Shown: positions 26,844 through 37,014, numbered from the stretch's first letter. The stretch is DNA of 64,000 nt from Bacteroidaceae bacterium (GCA_045628125.1 JAZQPA010000142.1:2355-66354); one strand, 5' to 3'. Notes: a model not told the origin generated them from the letters alone. Translations and numbers: made by a program.

Positions 26844-27840
26844 TATTCTCCTGTATCAGGCGAGTGTCAATCAAATGTGTAGGTTTATAGTCGGTCTTTA
26901 AGATTCGGAATCCCAACCAATCAGCTTCGTCATATCTGTTTTTCAGCCAGTTAACGGCCTCTTCGATAATTTTATTTTCAGGTGCTTCCAGTGTAGAGAA
27001 TTGAGGAAGTTCCAAGGAGTCAGTAACCTGCTTATCTATACTGAACATCTTCTGCATTAATCTTGAGTATCTGTCCTTGGATGAATTGTTGATTCGCTTG
27101 GCAGCAATATCGTAGGCTTGAGCAATTTTGCGTAATTCCGTCTCGCGGTCAACAAGAACTTTGTGGGTGAAAATGATGCAACCCGTTTGTCTGTTCTTGT
27201 TGTCCCACATCTGTCGGTCTCCGTTGACCATGGCCATTGTGGCATATGGTTCAGGAAGGATTGCAGCGTCAATCATCTCCTTCTGTACCATTTCCTGTCT
27301 GAGTTGAATATTGTTGATTTGTGGACGGTTCACATCTGATGGTTCCATCTTTGACTCTCCAAGCAGAATGTCCAGCATCCAATCGCTGGCTTCGTTTCTA
27401 GCAATGGCAATCATTCGTTCGTTCAGATCGTTTACTTTACGGATACGGAGTTTCTGCTGGGAAACCAGATAGCTTACACCATCAGTTTTCCCCACAATTC
27501 TTATTTCGTTGTTCTTTGAATTAAGAAGAATGGCTCGGCACACATCGGTCAACGCTCCGTGAATCCTTCGGTTCAGAAATGCTGTGTCGATATCCATGTT
27601 GCTGGTGAACTGAACCAGCTGGACATCAACTTTCAGTGAATCCAAAAGTCCGTCCTCATCAGCCACAAGAAGAGGTAGTGCATCAAGAGTGGGCAGGTAA
27701 CCTATCTGGATTGCTGATGAGTCGAATGCGACGGAATCATCCATGAGAATGACTGCATTTTTGTGGGTAGACGATTTGCAACCGGTAAAGCAAAGACTTA
27801 CCAGGACAAGTATATATAATAGGTATATCGCTGATTTCAT
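26836..27840 (-). CDS. Lipoprotein resembling NMT1/SsuA-type ABC substrate-binding proteins
   Basis: Lipobox CFTGC after MKSAIYLLYILVLVSL. IQIGYLPTLDALPLLVADEDGLL...VQFTS matches the NitT/TauT SBP N-lobe pattern. Start chosen at M13 (27840) of the 27876 ORF. Confidence 0.7.
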   Translation of the reverse strand: MKSAIYLLYILVLVSLCFTGCKSSTHKNAVILMDDSVAFDSSAIQIGYLPTLDALPLLVADEDGLLDSLKVDVQLVQFTSNMDIDTAFLNRRIHGALTDVCRAILLNSKNNEIRIVGKTDGVSYLVSQQKLRIRKVNDLNERMIAIARNEASDWMLDILLGESKMEPSDVNRPQINNIQLRQEMVQKEMIDAAILPEPYATMAMVNGDRQMWDNKNRQTGCIIFTHKVLVDRETELRKIAQAYDIAAKRINNSSKDRYSRLMQKMFSIDKQVTDSLELPQFSTLEAPENKIIEEAVNWLKNRYDEADWLGFRILKTDYKPTHLIDTRLIQENNE

Positions 27841-27900
27841 ATGTGCAAAATTACAACATAAGTGTGACACCCACAAATAAGTATTTTAAAAAACGAAATA

Positions 27901-27933
27901 AAAAAGGCGAACCCTGATGGCTCGCCCTTTTAT
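27901..27933 (-). terminator. Terminator downstream of pgk
   Basis: Minus-strand hairpin GGGCGAGCC-atcag-GGTTCGCC followed by a T-run. Confidence 0.65.
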
Positions 27934-27953
27934 AAGTATACTTTGGTTATTGA

Positions 27954-29219
27954 TTAGCCCTTGATAGCTGCTACGCCTGGCAGGACCTTACCCTCGATAG
28001 CCTCCAACAGAGCGCCACCACCAGTTGAGATGTAAGATACCTTGTCGGTCAAACCGAACTTGGTGCAGCATGCAACAGAGTCACCACCACCGATCAGAGA
28101 GAATGCACCCTCAGCAGTTGCAGCAGCAATAGCATCACCGATAGCCTTAGAACCAGCAGTGAACTCATCGCACTCGAATACACCTGCAGGACCATTCCAC
28201 AGAATAGTCTTTGCGCCCTTGATAGCCTCTGCAAAAGCAACCTGAGCCTTAGGACCTGCATCCAGACCTTCCATGCCAGCAGGGATTGCATCTGATGGAT
28301 AGTTCTCAATCTTAGAACCTTCCTTAACAGTCATAGTACCGAAGTCCAGACCGTCGCAGCAAGTTGCATCCTCAGCCATAACAAGCTCAACGCCCTTCTC
28401 AGCTGCCAACTTCTCTACGTTCAGAGCTACATCCAGCTTATCCAACTCAACGATAGAACCACCAATCTCACCACCGTGAGCCTTAGCGAATGTATATGTC
28501 ATACCACCGCACAGAATCAGCTTATCAGCCTTGCCCAACAGGTTCTCGATGATACCAATCTTAGATGACACCTTAGAACCACCCATGATAGCAACGAATG
28601 GGCGCTGGATGTTACCCAATACAGCGTCTACAGCAGCAACTTCCTTCTCCATCAGGAAGCCCAACATCTTGTTGTCAGCGTCGAAATAATCAGCGATAAC
28701 AGCAGTAGAAGCGTGCTTGCGGTGAGCAGTACCGAATGCATCCATTACATAGCAGTCAGCATAAGAAGCCAAAGTCTTAGCGAACTCCTTCTGAGAAGCC
28801 TTCATTGCCTTCTTTGCCTCATCGTACTCAGGAGTACCCTTCTCAACACCTACAGGCTTTCCTTCCTCTTCTGGATAGTAACGCAAGTTCTCCAGCAACA
28901 GAGCCTCACCCATCTTCAGAGCAGCAGCAGCCTCAGCAGCCTTTGCACAGTCAGGAGCGAAAGTTACAGGGCAACCCAGAGCAGCAGCAACTGCATCCTT
29001 AATCTGACCCAGTGACAACTCAGGCTTAACCTTACCCTTTGGCTTACCCATGTGAGACATGATGATCAATGCACCACCATCAGCCAATACTTTCTTCAAA
29101 GTAGGAAGAGCACCACGGATACGAGTGTCGTCAGTAATAACGCCATCCTTCAAAGGCACATTGAAATCTACACGTACGATAGCTTTCTTGCCTGCAAAAT
29201 TAAATTCGTTAATAGTCAT
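27954..29219 (-). CDS. pgk: Phosphoglycerate kinase
   Basis: 421 aa; [15 protein letters not shown] and GGGDS motifs. Confidence 0.95.
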   Translation of the reverse strand: MTINEFNFAGKKAIVRVDFNVPLKDGVITDDTRIRGALPTLKKVLADGGALIIMSHMGKPKGKVKPELSLGQIKDAVAAALGCPVTFAPDCAKAAEAAAALKMGEALLLENLRYYPEEEGKPVGVEKGTPEYDEAKKAMKASQKEFAKTLASYADCYVMDAFGTAHRKHASTAVIADYFDADNKMLGFLMEKEVAAVDAVLGNIQRPFVAIMGGSKVSSKIGIIENLLGKADKLILCGGMTYTFAKAHGGEIGGSIVELDKLDVALNVEKLAAEKGVELVMAEDATCCDGLDFGTMTVKEGSKIENYPSDAIPAGMEGLDAGPKAQVAFAEAIKGAKTILWNGPAGVFECDEFTAGSKAIGDAIAAATAEGAFSLIGGGDSVACCTKFGLTDKVSYISTGGGALLEAIEGKVLPGVAAIKG

Positions 29220-29264
29220 AATACTTGTTGATATTTAAAATTAGGTTTATACACTTTATCTTTG

Positions 29265-29272
29265 CAAAATTA
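29265..29272 (-). promoter_or_regulatory. -7 box (TAATTTTG) for pgk
   Basis: TAnnTTTG match 46 nt upstream of the ATG. Confidence 0.45.
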
Positions 29273-29350
29273 GCAAATTGTTGATTAAATCACGAATTTT
29301 TGAGCTTAAAAAACATTTGCGGTATCATCTTTCCTATGAATTGACAGAAT

Positions 29351-30004
29351 TTACTGTCCAATCAAAGATTCCTTGGGGAACGATTTACAGATTTCTTTCA
29401 GAAAACAGTCCTTGCATTTAGGACGTTGGGCTGTACATACGTACCGTCCGTGGAGAATAAGCCAGTGGTGTGCCTTGGGAATGACTTCATCGGGCAGATG
29501 TTTGGTAAGCTCCATCTCCACGCTGTATGGGGTTGTACAGCGCTTGGATACCAATCCGATGCGGTGGCTTACTCGGAACACATGCGTGTCAACAGCCATG
29601 GCTGCTTTACTGAAAACCACTGACATGATAACATTTGCTGTTTTTCTGCCTACACCTGGTAAACTGGTCAGTTCTTCCATTGTACTTGGCACTTCTCCAC
29701 CAAAATCCTTCATCAATTTTTGAGCCATACCCACCAGGTGTTTGGCTTTGTTGTTGGGATAGGAAACACTCTTTATGTATTCGTAAATGACCTCGGGAGT
29801 GGCCAGCGCCATCACTTCTGCCGTTGGGTAATCGTTCAGTAATGCTGGTGTAACCATATTTACCCGTTTGTCTGTACATTGTGCACTGAGGATTACAGCA
29901 ACCAGCAGTTCAAAAGGGGTGTGGTAGTGCAGTTCGGTTTCAGCCACTGGCATCTTATCCTCAAAGATGCTCACAATCTTATCGTATAGTTCTTGTTTTT
30001 TCAT
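29351..30004 (-). CDS. nth: Endonuclease III
   Basis: HhH-GPD motif LPGVGRKTANV and a 4Fe-4S cluster loop CTAQRPKCKDCFLKEIC. Start chosen at MKKQELYDK. Confidence 0.9.
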   Translation of the reverse strand: MKKQELYDKIVSIFEDKMPVAETELHYHTPFELLVAVILSAQCTDKRVNMVTPALLNDYPTAEVMALATPEVIYEYIKSVSYPNNKAKHLVGMAQKLMKDFGGEVPSTMEELTSLPGVGRKTANVIMSVVFSKAAMAVDTHVFRVSHRIGLVSKRCTTPYSVEMELTKHLPDEVIPKAHHWLILHGRYVCTAQRPKCKDCFLKEICKSFPKESLIGQ

Positions 30005-30092
30005 GTGGTTTATAATCAACACTTCGGCAAAAATACACAAATCCTTTTGTCGGGCCAAATAAAAGTCGTAATTTCGCCCTTGGATTAAATTA

Positions 30093-30584
30093 TTGAATAT
30101 GACAATTCGTACAGTAAAACACGAGGATATGGCTCAGATTGCAGCTATTTACAATCATTTTATAGCCAATACCACCATTACTTTTGAAACCGAACCAGTT
30201 TCGGTAGAGGAGATGACACACCGTATGGAGCACATTTCTGCTGAATTTCCTTATTTCGTTCTTGTCGAGAATGACAAAGTCCTGGGTTATTGTTATGCCC
30301 ATAAATGGAAGGAAAAAGAGGCATACAGCAAGACCGTGGAAACTACCATTTATTTGAAACCAGGACAGGAAGGTAAAGGATTGGGAACCATGTTGATGAA
30401 TGCACTGACTGAGGCTTGCCGTGAACAGGGCATTCATGTATTTGTTGCTTGTATTACTTATCCGAATGTAGCCAGTGAACATCTTCACTTAAAACTTGGG
30501 TTCGAACAAGTTTCCCGTTTCCATGAGGTGGGTTTCAAGTTTGGCAGATGGATTGATGTCTATGACTTTCAGAAGATTCTTTAA
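30093..30584 (+). CDS. GNAT N-acetyltransferase (phosphinothricin acetyltransferase-like)
   Basis: MTIRTVKHEDMAQIAAIYNHFIANTTITFE... and QEGKGLGTMLM acetyl-CoA site. Confidence 0.8.
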   Translation: MNMTIRTVKHEDMAQIAAIYNHFIANTTITFETEPVSVEEMTHRMEHISAEFPYFVLVENDKVLGYCYAHKWKEKEAYSKTVETTIYLKPGQEGKGLGTMLMNALTEACREQGIHVFVACITYPNVASEHLHLKLGFEQVSRFHEVGFKFGRWIDVYDFQKIL

Positions 30585-30612
30585 TATATAGAGACTTAAT
30601 TAACACTACAAT

Positions 30613-32154
30613 ATGAGGAAAATACTATTTGCGTGCTGTTTGGCCTTGTCGGGTGTTCTGTCTGCAAATGCACAGGAATTCAATTGGCCATGGCATTTTA
30701 ATGGAGGAACAATTGTAACAGATGTACCTGAGCGTCCGTCAGGACAGACTTCTGTTTTGGGAATGGCTTTGCCCAAGATGACATCTGTGCGTGTAGGCTT
30801 TGTTGGTTTAGGTATGCGCGGACCTGATGCAGTAGAACGTTTTATGCATATACCAGGAACTCAAGTCGTTGCTTTGTGTGATTACGAGAAAGACCGTGCT
30901 GAGGCTTGTCAGGAAATTCTGAAGAAGAACAGCATGCCTAAGGCTGCAATATATTATGGTGAGTTTGGATATGAGGAACTTTGCCAACGTGATGATATTG
31001 ACCTGGTATATGTTGCCACCGATTGGCATCATCATTTTCTGGTGGCAAAGAGCGCTTTGGAAAATGGCAAACATGTGGCTATTGAGGTCCCTTCTGCCAT
31101 GAGTCTTACCGAATGCTGGGCATTGGTGAATATGAGCGAAAAATACCGCAAACATTGTATGATTCTGGAGAACTGCTGCTACGATGAGTTTGAGCTGAAT
31201 ACCCTTAACATGGCTCAACAGGGCTTATTTGGTGATGTGGTTCGTGTGCAGGGTGCTTATATTCATAATTTGGACGAATTCTGGGATGCTTACTGGAAAG
31301 AGGGCAATACCGATAAATTGGGTTGGCGCTTGCGTTACAACAAGAATTACCGTGGTGATGTCTATCCTACACATGGTTTGGGACCTGTGGCTCAGTTGCT
31401 GAACATTCATCGTGGCGACCGTATGAAAACGATGGTGGCTATGGATACCCGTTCTTTCAACGGTAAGGAATGGGTTGAGAAAATGACTGGTGAGAAATGT
31501 GATGAGTTTAAGAACGGTGATCATACTACGACCCTGATTCGTACAGAATTAGGTAAGGTGATTGAAATTCAGCATGATGTACTTGATCCTCAGCCTTATA
31601 ACCGCTTGTATCAGTTGACCGGTACCCGTGGATTTGCTAATAAGTATCCATCGGAAGGTTATGTAGTCAGCAAGGAGATGATGGAGGCTCATAACGTGAA
31701 GCCATCTACTGATAAGATTAGCGTGCATCGTTATTTACCGGAGGCAGATAAAAAAGCCTTGGAAGAAAAGTTTATGAGCCCTATCTTGAAGAAATATGTA
31801 GAAAAGGCTCATGAGGTTGGTGGTCATGGCGGTATGGATTTTACCATGGATAGCCGAATGATTTACTGTATGCAGAATGGTCTACCTTTAGATATGGATG
31901 TGTATGACTTGGCAGAATGGTGCTGTCTGGCAGAGTTGGGTTCCATTTCTATGGAGAATGGTTTTGCTCCTGTTGCAGTTCCTGATTTTACCCGTGGTAA
32001 TTGGGATAAGGTTCAGGGTTATCATCATGCATGGGCTTCTCTTGCCGATGAGGCCGCAGCGGAGGAAGCTGCTAAAGAGTTTACCCGTCAGCTGAAAGAA
32101 CGTGGTGCCAAGGAATGGGCAAAGGAAGCTACTCCTAAGGGGAAAAAGAAATAA
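30613..32154 (+). CDS. Secreted Gfo/Idh/MocA-fold oxidoreductase-like protein (GH109-like)
   Basis: Signal peptide, Rossmann motif VRVGFVGLGMRG, a GH109-like length, and a Lys/Ala/Glu-rich C-terminal tail. Confidence 0.75.
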   Translation: MRKILFACCLALSGVLSANAQEFNWPWHFNGGTIVTDVPERPSGQTSVLGMALPKMTSVRVGFVGLGMRGPDAVERFMHIPGTQVVALCDYEKDRAEACQEILKKNSMPKAAIYYGEFGYEELCQRDDIDLVYVATDWHHHFLVAKSALENGKHVAIEVPSAMSLTECWALVNMSEKYRKHCMILENCCYDEFELNTLNMAQQGLFGDVVRVQGAYIHNLDEFWDAYWKEGNTDKLGWRLRYNKNYRGDVYPTHGLGPVAQLLNIHRGDRMKTMVAMDTRSFNGKEWVEKMTGEKCDEFKNGDHTTTLIRTELGKVIEIQHDVLDPQPYNRLYQLTGTRGFANKYPSEGYVVSKEMMEAHNVKPSTDKISVHRYLPEADKKALEEKFMSPILKKYVEKAHEVGGHGGMDFTMDSRMIYCMQNGLPLDMDVYDLAEWCCLAELGSISMENGFAPVAVPDFTRGNWDKVQGYHHAWASLADEAAAEEAAKEFTRQLKERGAKEWAKEATPKGKKK

Positions 32155-32176
32155 ACGGTTTGTTGCTACTTATAGT

Positions 32177-32211
32177 AAAGGATCTTTCCAATCTGTATGG
32201 AAAGATCCTTT
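32177..32211. terminator. Bidirectional terminator (GH109-like / crcB)
   Basis: AAAGGATCTTTCCA-atctgta-TGGAAAGATCCTTT perfect 14-bp stem. Confidence 0.75.
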
Positions 32212-32224
32212 ATTGTTGTGTAGT

Positions 32225-32590
32225 TTATGAACCCAATTTTGAGCCGGCAAAAACAGCCAGTAATCCTAGTGCAATACTTGCTGCCAAGTAGACACCAAAC
32301 ATGATGTGGTTGCCAGTTTTCAATAAGTTTAGTGATTCATTACTGAATGTACTGAAGGTTGTGAAACCTCCGCAAAGACCGGTTGTCAGCATTAGTCTCA
32401 TTTCCGCGCTCCAATTCAATCGGGCACTCCAAGCATAGAACAGGCCGATAAGGAAACAGCCGGCAATATTGGACGCCCATGTGGCCCATGGAAAAGCCCA
32501 ACTTCCACGGCTATTGATCATCAGTTGAACCCAATAACGCATAACACTGCCCAAACCACCACCTAAAAATATGAAAAAGCATTCTTTCAT
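32225..32590 (-). CDS. crcB: Fluoride efflux channel CrcB
   Basis: About 121 aa from MKECFFIFLGGGLGSVMRYW, with 4 TM helices and the GFCGGFTTFSTF-like motif (GLCGGFTTFSTF). Confidence 0.85.
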   Translation of the reverse strand: MKECFFIFLGGGLGSVMRYWVQLMINSRGSWAFPWATWASNIAGCFLIGLFYAWSARLNWSAEMRLMLTTGLCGGFTTFSTFSNESLNLLKTGNHIMFGVYLAASIALGLLAVFAGSKLGS

Positions 32591-32616
32591 GTTCCGAATT
32601 TCTTTTGTTTTCGGTG

Positions 32617-32624
32617 CAAATATA
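32617..32624 (-). promoter_or_regulatory. -7 box (TATATTTG) for crcB
   Basis: TAnnTTTG match 27 nt upstream of the chosen crcB ATG. Confidence 0.45.
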
Positions 32625-32682
32625 CACAAAAAAAGTGTACCTTTGCGTTGCAATATCGCAGAATATTTACAACTAACCAGCA

Positions 32683-33882
32683 ATGGAAAATTTAAGCATT
32701 AAGGATATATACAGTGCAACTTATGTGCTGAAACCTATCATTCGTCCAACCAATCTGATTGCCGCACCTCTTATGCGACCAGGCTGTGATATCTTCATTA
32801 AACCAGAAAACCTTCAGGTTACCGGTTCATTCAAGGTTCGAGGATCCAGTTACATGATTTCTCAGTTGTCAGATGAGGAGAAAGCACGTGGCGTAATTGC
32901 TTGCTCTGCAGGTAATCACGCTCAAGGTGTGGCATTGGCTGCTAAAGCTTGTGGTATTAGCAGTATTATCTGTTTGCCTGCCGGTGCCCCTATTTCTAAG
33001 GTTGAGGCTACTCGTAGCTATGGTGCAGAGATTTGTTTGGTTCCTGGCGTGTATGATGATGCTTACCAGAAAGCTTTGGAACTCAAGGAGGAGAAAAACA
33101 TGATGTTTGTTCATCCTTTTGATAACCTTCAGGTTATTGCCGGTCAGGGTACTATCGGATTGGAGATTCTGAATGATTTACCAAATGCTGACGCCATTAT
33201 AGTTCCTATTGGTGGAGGTGGTTTGATAAGTGGTGTGGCTTTTGCTGCTAAGCAGATTAATCCAAAAATCAAGGTTTATGGCGTTCAGGCAGCGGGTGCG
33301 CCTAGCATGGTTCATAGTATCAGCAATGGAAAAATTACTTGTCTGGATAAGGTCTCTACATTGGCAGATGGTATCGCGGTAAAACAACCGGGAGAACATA
33401 CTTTTGATATTTGCAACAAGTATGTGGATGAGATTGTAACCGTTACCGAAGATGAGATTTGTGCGGCTATTCTGTTCCTGTTGGAGCGTCATAAGCTGGT
33501 AGCCGAAGGCGCCGGTGCTGTTTCTGTGGCTGCAGCCATGTTCTCAAAACTGCCATTAGAAGGCAAGAAAACGGTATGTGTAGTGAGTGGCGGTAATGTG
33601 GATGTTACTATCTTCAACCGTATCATCAATCGTGGTTTGCAGAAGGGTGGTCGTTTATGTACCCTTTCTTTGGAGATTTCCGACCGTCCAGGCCAGCTGG
33701 TTCAGGTAAGTAAGCTGATAGCTGATTTAGGAGCTAATGTTACGGGTGTTCTTCACGAACGCACCAATGCCATTATCGATGTGAATAGTTGTGTGTTACG
33801 TATTTCAATGGAAACTAGAAACAAGGAACATATTGATCAGATATGTAAGGCCATTGTAAAACATGGATTCCATATATTATAA
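32683..33882 (+). CDS. ilvA: Threonine ammonia-lyase (threonine dehydratase) with a C-terminal ACT-like domain
   Basis: PLP lysine motif TGSFKVRGS, SAGNHAQG and GGGGLISG. Confidence 0.9.
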   Translation: MENLSIKDIYSATYVLKPIIRPTNLIAAPLMRPGCDIFIKPENLQVTGSFKVRGSSYMISQLSDEEKARGVIACSAGNHAQGVALAAKACGISSIICLPAGAPISKVEATRSYGAEICLVPGVYDDAYQKALELKEEKNMMFVHPFDNLQVIAGQGTIGLEILNDLPNADAIIVPIGGGGLISGVAFAAKQINPKIKVYGVQAAGAPSMVHSISNGKITCLDKVSTLADGIAVKQPGEHTFDICNKYVDEIVTVTEDEICAAILFLLERHKLVAEGAGAVSVAAAMFSKLPLEGKKTVCVVSGGNVDVTIFNRIINRGLQKGGRLCTLSLEISDRPGQLVQVSKLIADLGANVTGVLHERTNAIIDVNSCVLRISMETRNKEHIDQICKAIVKHGFHIL

Positions 33883-33916
33883 AATTGTCTATTCATACAT
33901 TCTGAAAAAATAAAGG

Positions 33917-33958
33917 TTCCTGTCCAATAGAGTAATGTCTGATTGGACAGGAATCTTT
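33917..33958. terminator. Hairpin terminator between convergent genes
   Basis: TTCCTGTCCAAT...ATTGGACAGGAA 12-bp stem. Confidence 0.6.
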
Positions 33959-33993
33959 GCTATGCATAGAATGACAATTCTATAAAGAAAAGA

Positions 33994-34716
33994 TTACTTC
34001 TTATTTCTTTCTATCTTAGCTAGAAAATCATAATGTTCTCCATATTCAACTACTTCGGCAGTAAATCCTTGTTTCTCTGCTTCTTCCTGCAAAAGGTCGG
34101 CATCAATGTATAACCAAGGGAATTCTTCTCCCTTTATCCTTTTGTATTGCATCTGATAGGAGAGCTCTCCGTAGTAGTCCATGTGTGATGGGATTTCGAT
34201 GATATCGTCTTCAACCTCGAATACATAGCAGATGTCAGAAGAGTCTAGCAATACTTGGCCGCCATCGGCTAATATTTTGTCTATCTGGGTAAAGAAATCA
34301 GGCAACTTTTTTAATGTGCCGATAATTCCGATTCCATTCATCAGCATCAGAATGGTGTCGTATTTCTCTTCCACTTTCCAGAAATCCTGAAGTTGGGCAT
34401 CATCAACACCTCTTTGGCGCATGGTCTCAACAGACAAATCCGAGATATCGATGGCTGTGACCTGTTTGCCCATGTCTTGTAGTGCTAATGAGTGGCAACC
34501 TGCTCCTGCACCTACATCCAAAATTCGACCATTTGCCAGTTGTAGTGCCTTCTGTTCCAGTGGCGGCATCTCGTTATATTCGCGGAATAGGGTTTCCAAG
34601 GGAATCTCATCCTCCTCAAACATTGGGGAGAATACACGCAATCTGCCGGTAGTCTTACCATCTGTCTTATAATAGTCGGCTATTGCCGCACCCATCGGGT
34701 CTTTTTCTTTAATCAT
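33994..34716 (-). CDS. Class I SAM-dependent methyltransferase
   Basis: Motif I ILDVGAGAGCHS, 240 aa. Confidence 0.8.
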   Translation of the reverse strand: MIKEKDPMGAAIADYYKTDGKTTGRLRVFSPMFEEDEIPLETLFREYNEMPPLEQKALQLANGRILDVGAGAGCHSLALQDMGKQVTAIDISDLSVETMRQRGVDDAQLQDFWKVEEKYDTILMLMNGIGIIGTLKKLPDFFTQIDKILADGGQVLLDSSDICYVFEVEDDIIEIPSHMDYYGELSYQMQYKRIKGEEFPWLYIDADLLQEEAEKQGFTAEVVEYGEHYDFLAKIERNKK

Positions 34717-35180
34717 AATAAGTTCTTGTCAATTTGTTTCAGAAGGGCGCTACATCCTTCGGTAACGTCTCTCCATGTGGCTGTAAAGTCACCGGTATAC
34801 CAGGGGTCTGCGACATCACCAGGACGTGAGGTCAGGTTCATCAGTTTGATGATTTTACCATCAGGGTCTCCGCCTGTAATACGGTTCATGTTACGGATGT
34901 TCCATTCATCCATGCCTATTAGGAAGTCGAATTCCTGATAATCACGCCTAGTCATCTGACGGGCAGTCTTTCCCTTACAGGATATGCCATGATTGGCCAG
35001 CATCTGGCGGGCAGGCGGATACACGCTGTTGCCTATTTCCTCGGTAGAGGTGGCAGCCGATTCGATGTAGAATTCACTCTGTCGTCCGGCTTTAGCTATA
35101 AGGTCCTTCATCACGAATTCTGCCATCGGACTTCTGCAGATGTTGCCGTGGCACACAAACAGTATTCTTTTCATTCTCAT
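34713..35180 (-). CDS. Low-molecular-weight protein-tyrosine phosphatase
   Basis: P-loop VCHGNICRS (CX5R-S) and a DPWY/D-P motif. The start ATG overlaps the upstream stop (ATGA). Confidence 0.85.
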   Translation of the reverse strand: MRMKRILFVCHGNICRSPMAEFVMKDLIAKAGRQSEFYIESAATSTEEIGNSVYPPARQMLANHGISCKGKTARQMTRRDYQEFDFLIGMDEWNIRNMNRITGGDPDGKIIKLMNLTSRPGDVADPWYTGDFTATWRDVTEGCSALLKQIDKNLL

Positions 35181-35767
35181 TCCTTGATTACAGCACGATA
35201 CAGGTTGCATCCTACAAAATTTCCGGCTACAATGCAGACATAGAAAATCAGGATGTTAATTGCATTGTCTGCCAGGAAAGATACCGGTACACAGAGATAA
35301 TAAAAAACATCGGCTACACAGTGGGGAAAACCGCACATAATGAACAGAGGTACTCCAAACAGCAGGGGAAGGTTCTGGCTTTTACGTGCAAAGGTAACGG
35401 CTGTTGTCATGATGAAACCGCAACCGACAGCCAGGATGCTGCCCCTAAGTGGTCCCATGGCCAATCGTCCTTCCAGAATTTTCTGTGCTGTTTCCTGTAA
35501 GGGCATAGGTGAGCAGCGTACCATTAGTGCGACAGCTAAACAGCCGATAATGTTGCCGAACAGAATGAAAAACAATTTGCCAACTTCACCTCTCTTTATG
35601 AATCCGGCAGTACCGGTATACAGGCGAAGGCCGTAATGAACCACAGTCAGTAAACCGAAAGCAAAGAGTACTGCACCGATGATGCTTTTCTCTGCCAGAT
35701 AGCCGAAACCTGCAATACCGATGCATATGCCGGCCAAGAAAGAAGAACGAAATGTCTGCATAGTCAT
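35177..35767 (-). CDS. Short formate/nitrite transporter (FNT) family-like membrane protein
   Basis: About 196 aa from MTMQTF. LFAFGLLTVVHYGLRLYTGTAG and GNIIGCLAVA resemble FNT signature regions, but the protein is shorter than the canonical ~270 aa. Confidence 0.55.
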   Translation of the reverse strand: MTMQTFRSSFLAGICIGIAGFGYLAEKSIIGAVLFAFGLLTVVHYGLRLYTGTAGFIKRGEVGKLFFILFGNIIGCLAVALMVRCSPMPLQETAQKILEGRLAMGPLRGSILAVGCGFIMTTAVTFARKSQNLPLLFGVPLFIMCGFPHCVADVFYYLCVPVSFLADNAINILIFYVCIVAGNFVGCNLYRAVIKE

Positions 35768-35822
35768 AATAGTTTGTTTTGTGCAAAGATACAGCTTTCC
35801 GGGCTCTTTTGCAAATCTCACA

Positions 35823-36554
35823 TTATTTGGTACTGACTTTCATCTTTACCCAAATCCAACGAGGAACCAACTTCCAGAAGAACACTAATATGCGGTATTT
35901 CCAGTCAATAACGATAACGGGTTTCTTTTTCTCCAGTGCCATTACTATTTCTTTGGCTACATCTGGTGCCGTCAGCTGCATAGGGTAACTACCGTCTTTT
36001 ATCAGATCGGTAGCTACAAATCCAGGGCGTATGTCTGTAAAGGTGATAGGGTATCCTTTCATGTGTGCCAGCTGCTGAAGGCACTCCATATAGTGGTTTT
36101 GAAATCGTTTGGTAGATGAATAGGAAGGTGCTGCGCCTAGTCCTTTGGTGCCGGCAATACTGCTAATACAGGCTATATGACCTCCACCATTCTGCGCAAA
36201 ATAATGGAATACATGGGTAATCATTCGGGTAAAACCAAGGGCATTGGTTTCTACGGTTCGCATCTCCTTATCTATATCGAGTGATGGATTCTGATAACCT
36301 ATTCCCGATGAATGGAAATATAAATCTATGCCATTCATTTTGTCTATCAGTTTATCCAAAAGGACAGGGGCATCCTCTTGGGTAATATCAATGACTTCGT
36401 ATGTCTTTACACCGGCAAGTTCCTGACTTATCTGCTCCAGTAATTGTACTCTTCTTCCTGCAATACCCAGTTCCCATCCTTTGGCACTCAGCAGTTTGGC
36501 CACTTCCAATCCTATGCCCGATGTGGCTCCTATAATTATGGCTTTCTTATTCAT
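35823..36554 (-). CDS. SDR family oxidoreductase
   Basis: IIGATSGIGLE (TGxxxGxG-like) and YSSTK (YxxxK). Confidence 0.85.
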   Translation of the reverse strand: MNKKAIIIGATSGIGLEVAKLLSAKGWELGIAGRRVQLLEQISQELAGVKTYEVIDITQEDAPVLLDKLIDKMNGIDLYFHSSGIGYQNPSLDIDKEMRTVETNALGFTRMITHVFHYFAQNGGGHIACISSIAGTKGLGAAPSYSSTKRFQNHYMECLQQLAHMKGYPITFTDIRPGFVATDLIKDGSYPMQLTAPDVAKEIVMALEKKKPVIVIDWKYRILVFFWKLVPRWIWVKMKVSTK

Positions 36555-36562
36555 ATTATCAG

Positions 36563-36985
36563 TTATAGATCCATGACATACACATTTGTTTCTTTCATAC
36601 GGAATCCCACGGCTTTATACAGCCCGTTTGCTGATACTCTTGAGGGGCGGGAAGTCAGTTGCACATGAATGGGAGCCAATTGCTTCAGCTCCTCTATGGC
36701 GTGTGTCATCAGTTGTTTCCCTAAATGCTGTCCCTGATAGTCGGTATGCACTACCACATCCTCCACGCTGGCCTTTTTACCAGTAGGGGAATAGAATATA
36801 CATAAGGTGTAACAACCTATGATTCTGTCCTCATCACGCATTACATAAAGGTGACATGTATGGCAATCAACGGTTTGCTGAAGTTTCTGCAGTGTAAGCA
36901 GTAGGGTTGGATCCAGTATCTGCATCAACTCTGCCATTTGCTCTAATTCCTGGCTGTTGAATTGGATTAATTCGGTAATGGTCAT
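36563..36985 (-). CDS. GNAT family N-acetyltransferase
   Basis: 140 aa with the YQGQHLGKQLM acetyl-CoA binding motif. Confidence 0.8.
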   Translation of the reverse strand: MTITELIQFNSQELEQMAELMQILDPTLLLTLQKLQQTVDCHTCHLYVMRDEDRIIGCYTLCIFYSPTGKKASVEDVVVHTDYQGQHLGKQLMTHAIEELKQLAPIHVQLTSRPSRVSANGLYKAVGFRMKETNVYVMDL

Positions 36986-37014
36986 ATAAGCATTGTTTTG
37001 TTTTCAAGATCCTT

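Noticed and set aside
29257-29264. Plus-strand TATCTTTG box overlapping the pgk promoter
   Set aside because: It would drive transcription antisense into nth, and no plus-strand gene follows. It is most likely a by-product of the partly palindromic TTTGCAAA core of the minus-strand box.
32591-32682. Possible fluoride riboswitch (crcB motif) upstream of crcB
   Set aside because: The leader is only ~27 nt past the -7 box. I could not find the conserved crcB-motif elements (GGnGAUGG...CCGCC...GAUGAUGCCUAC-like segments) on the minus strand.
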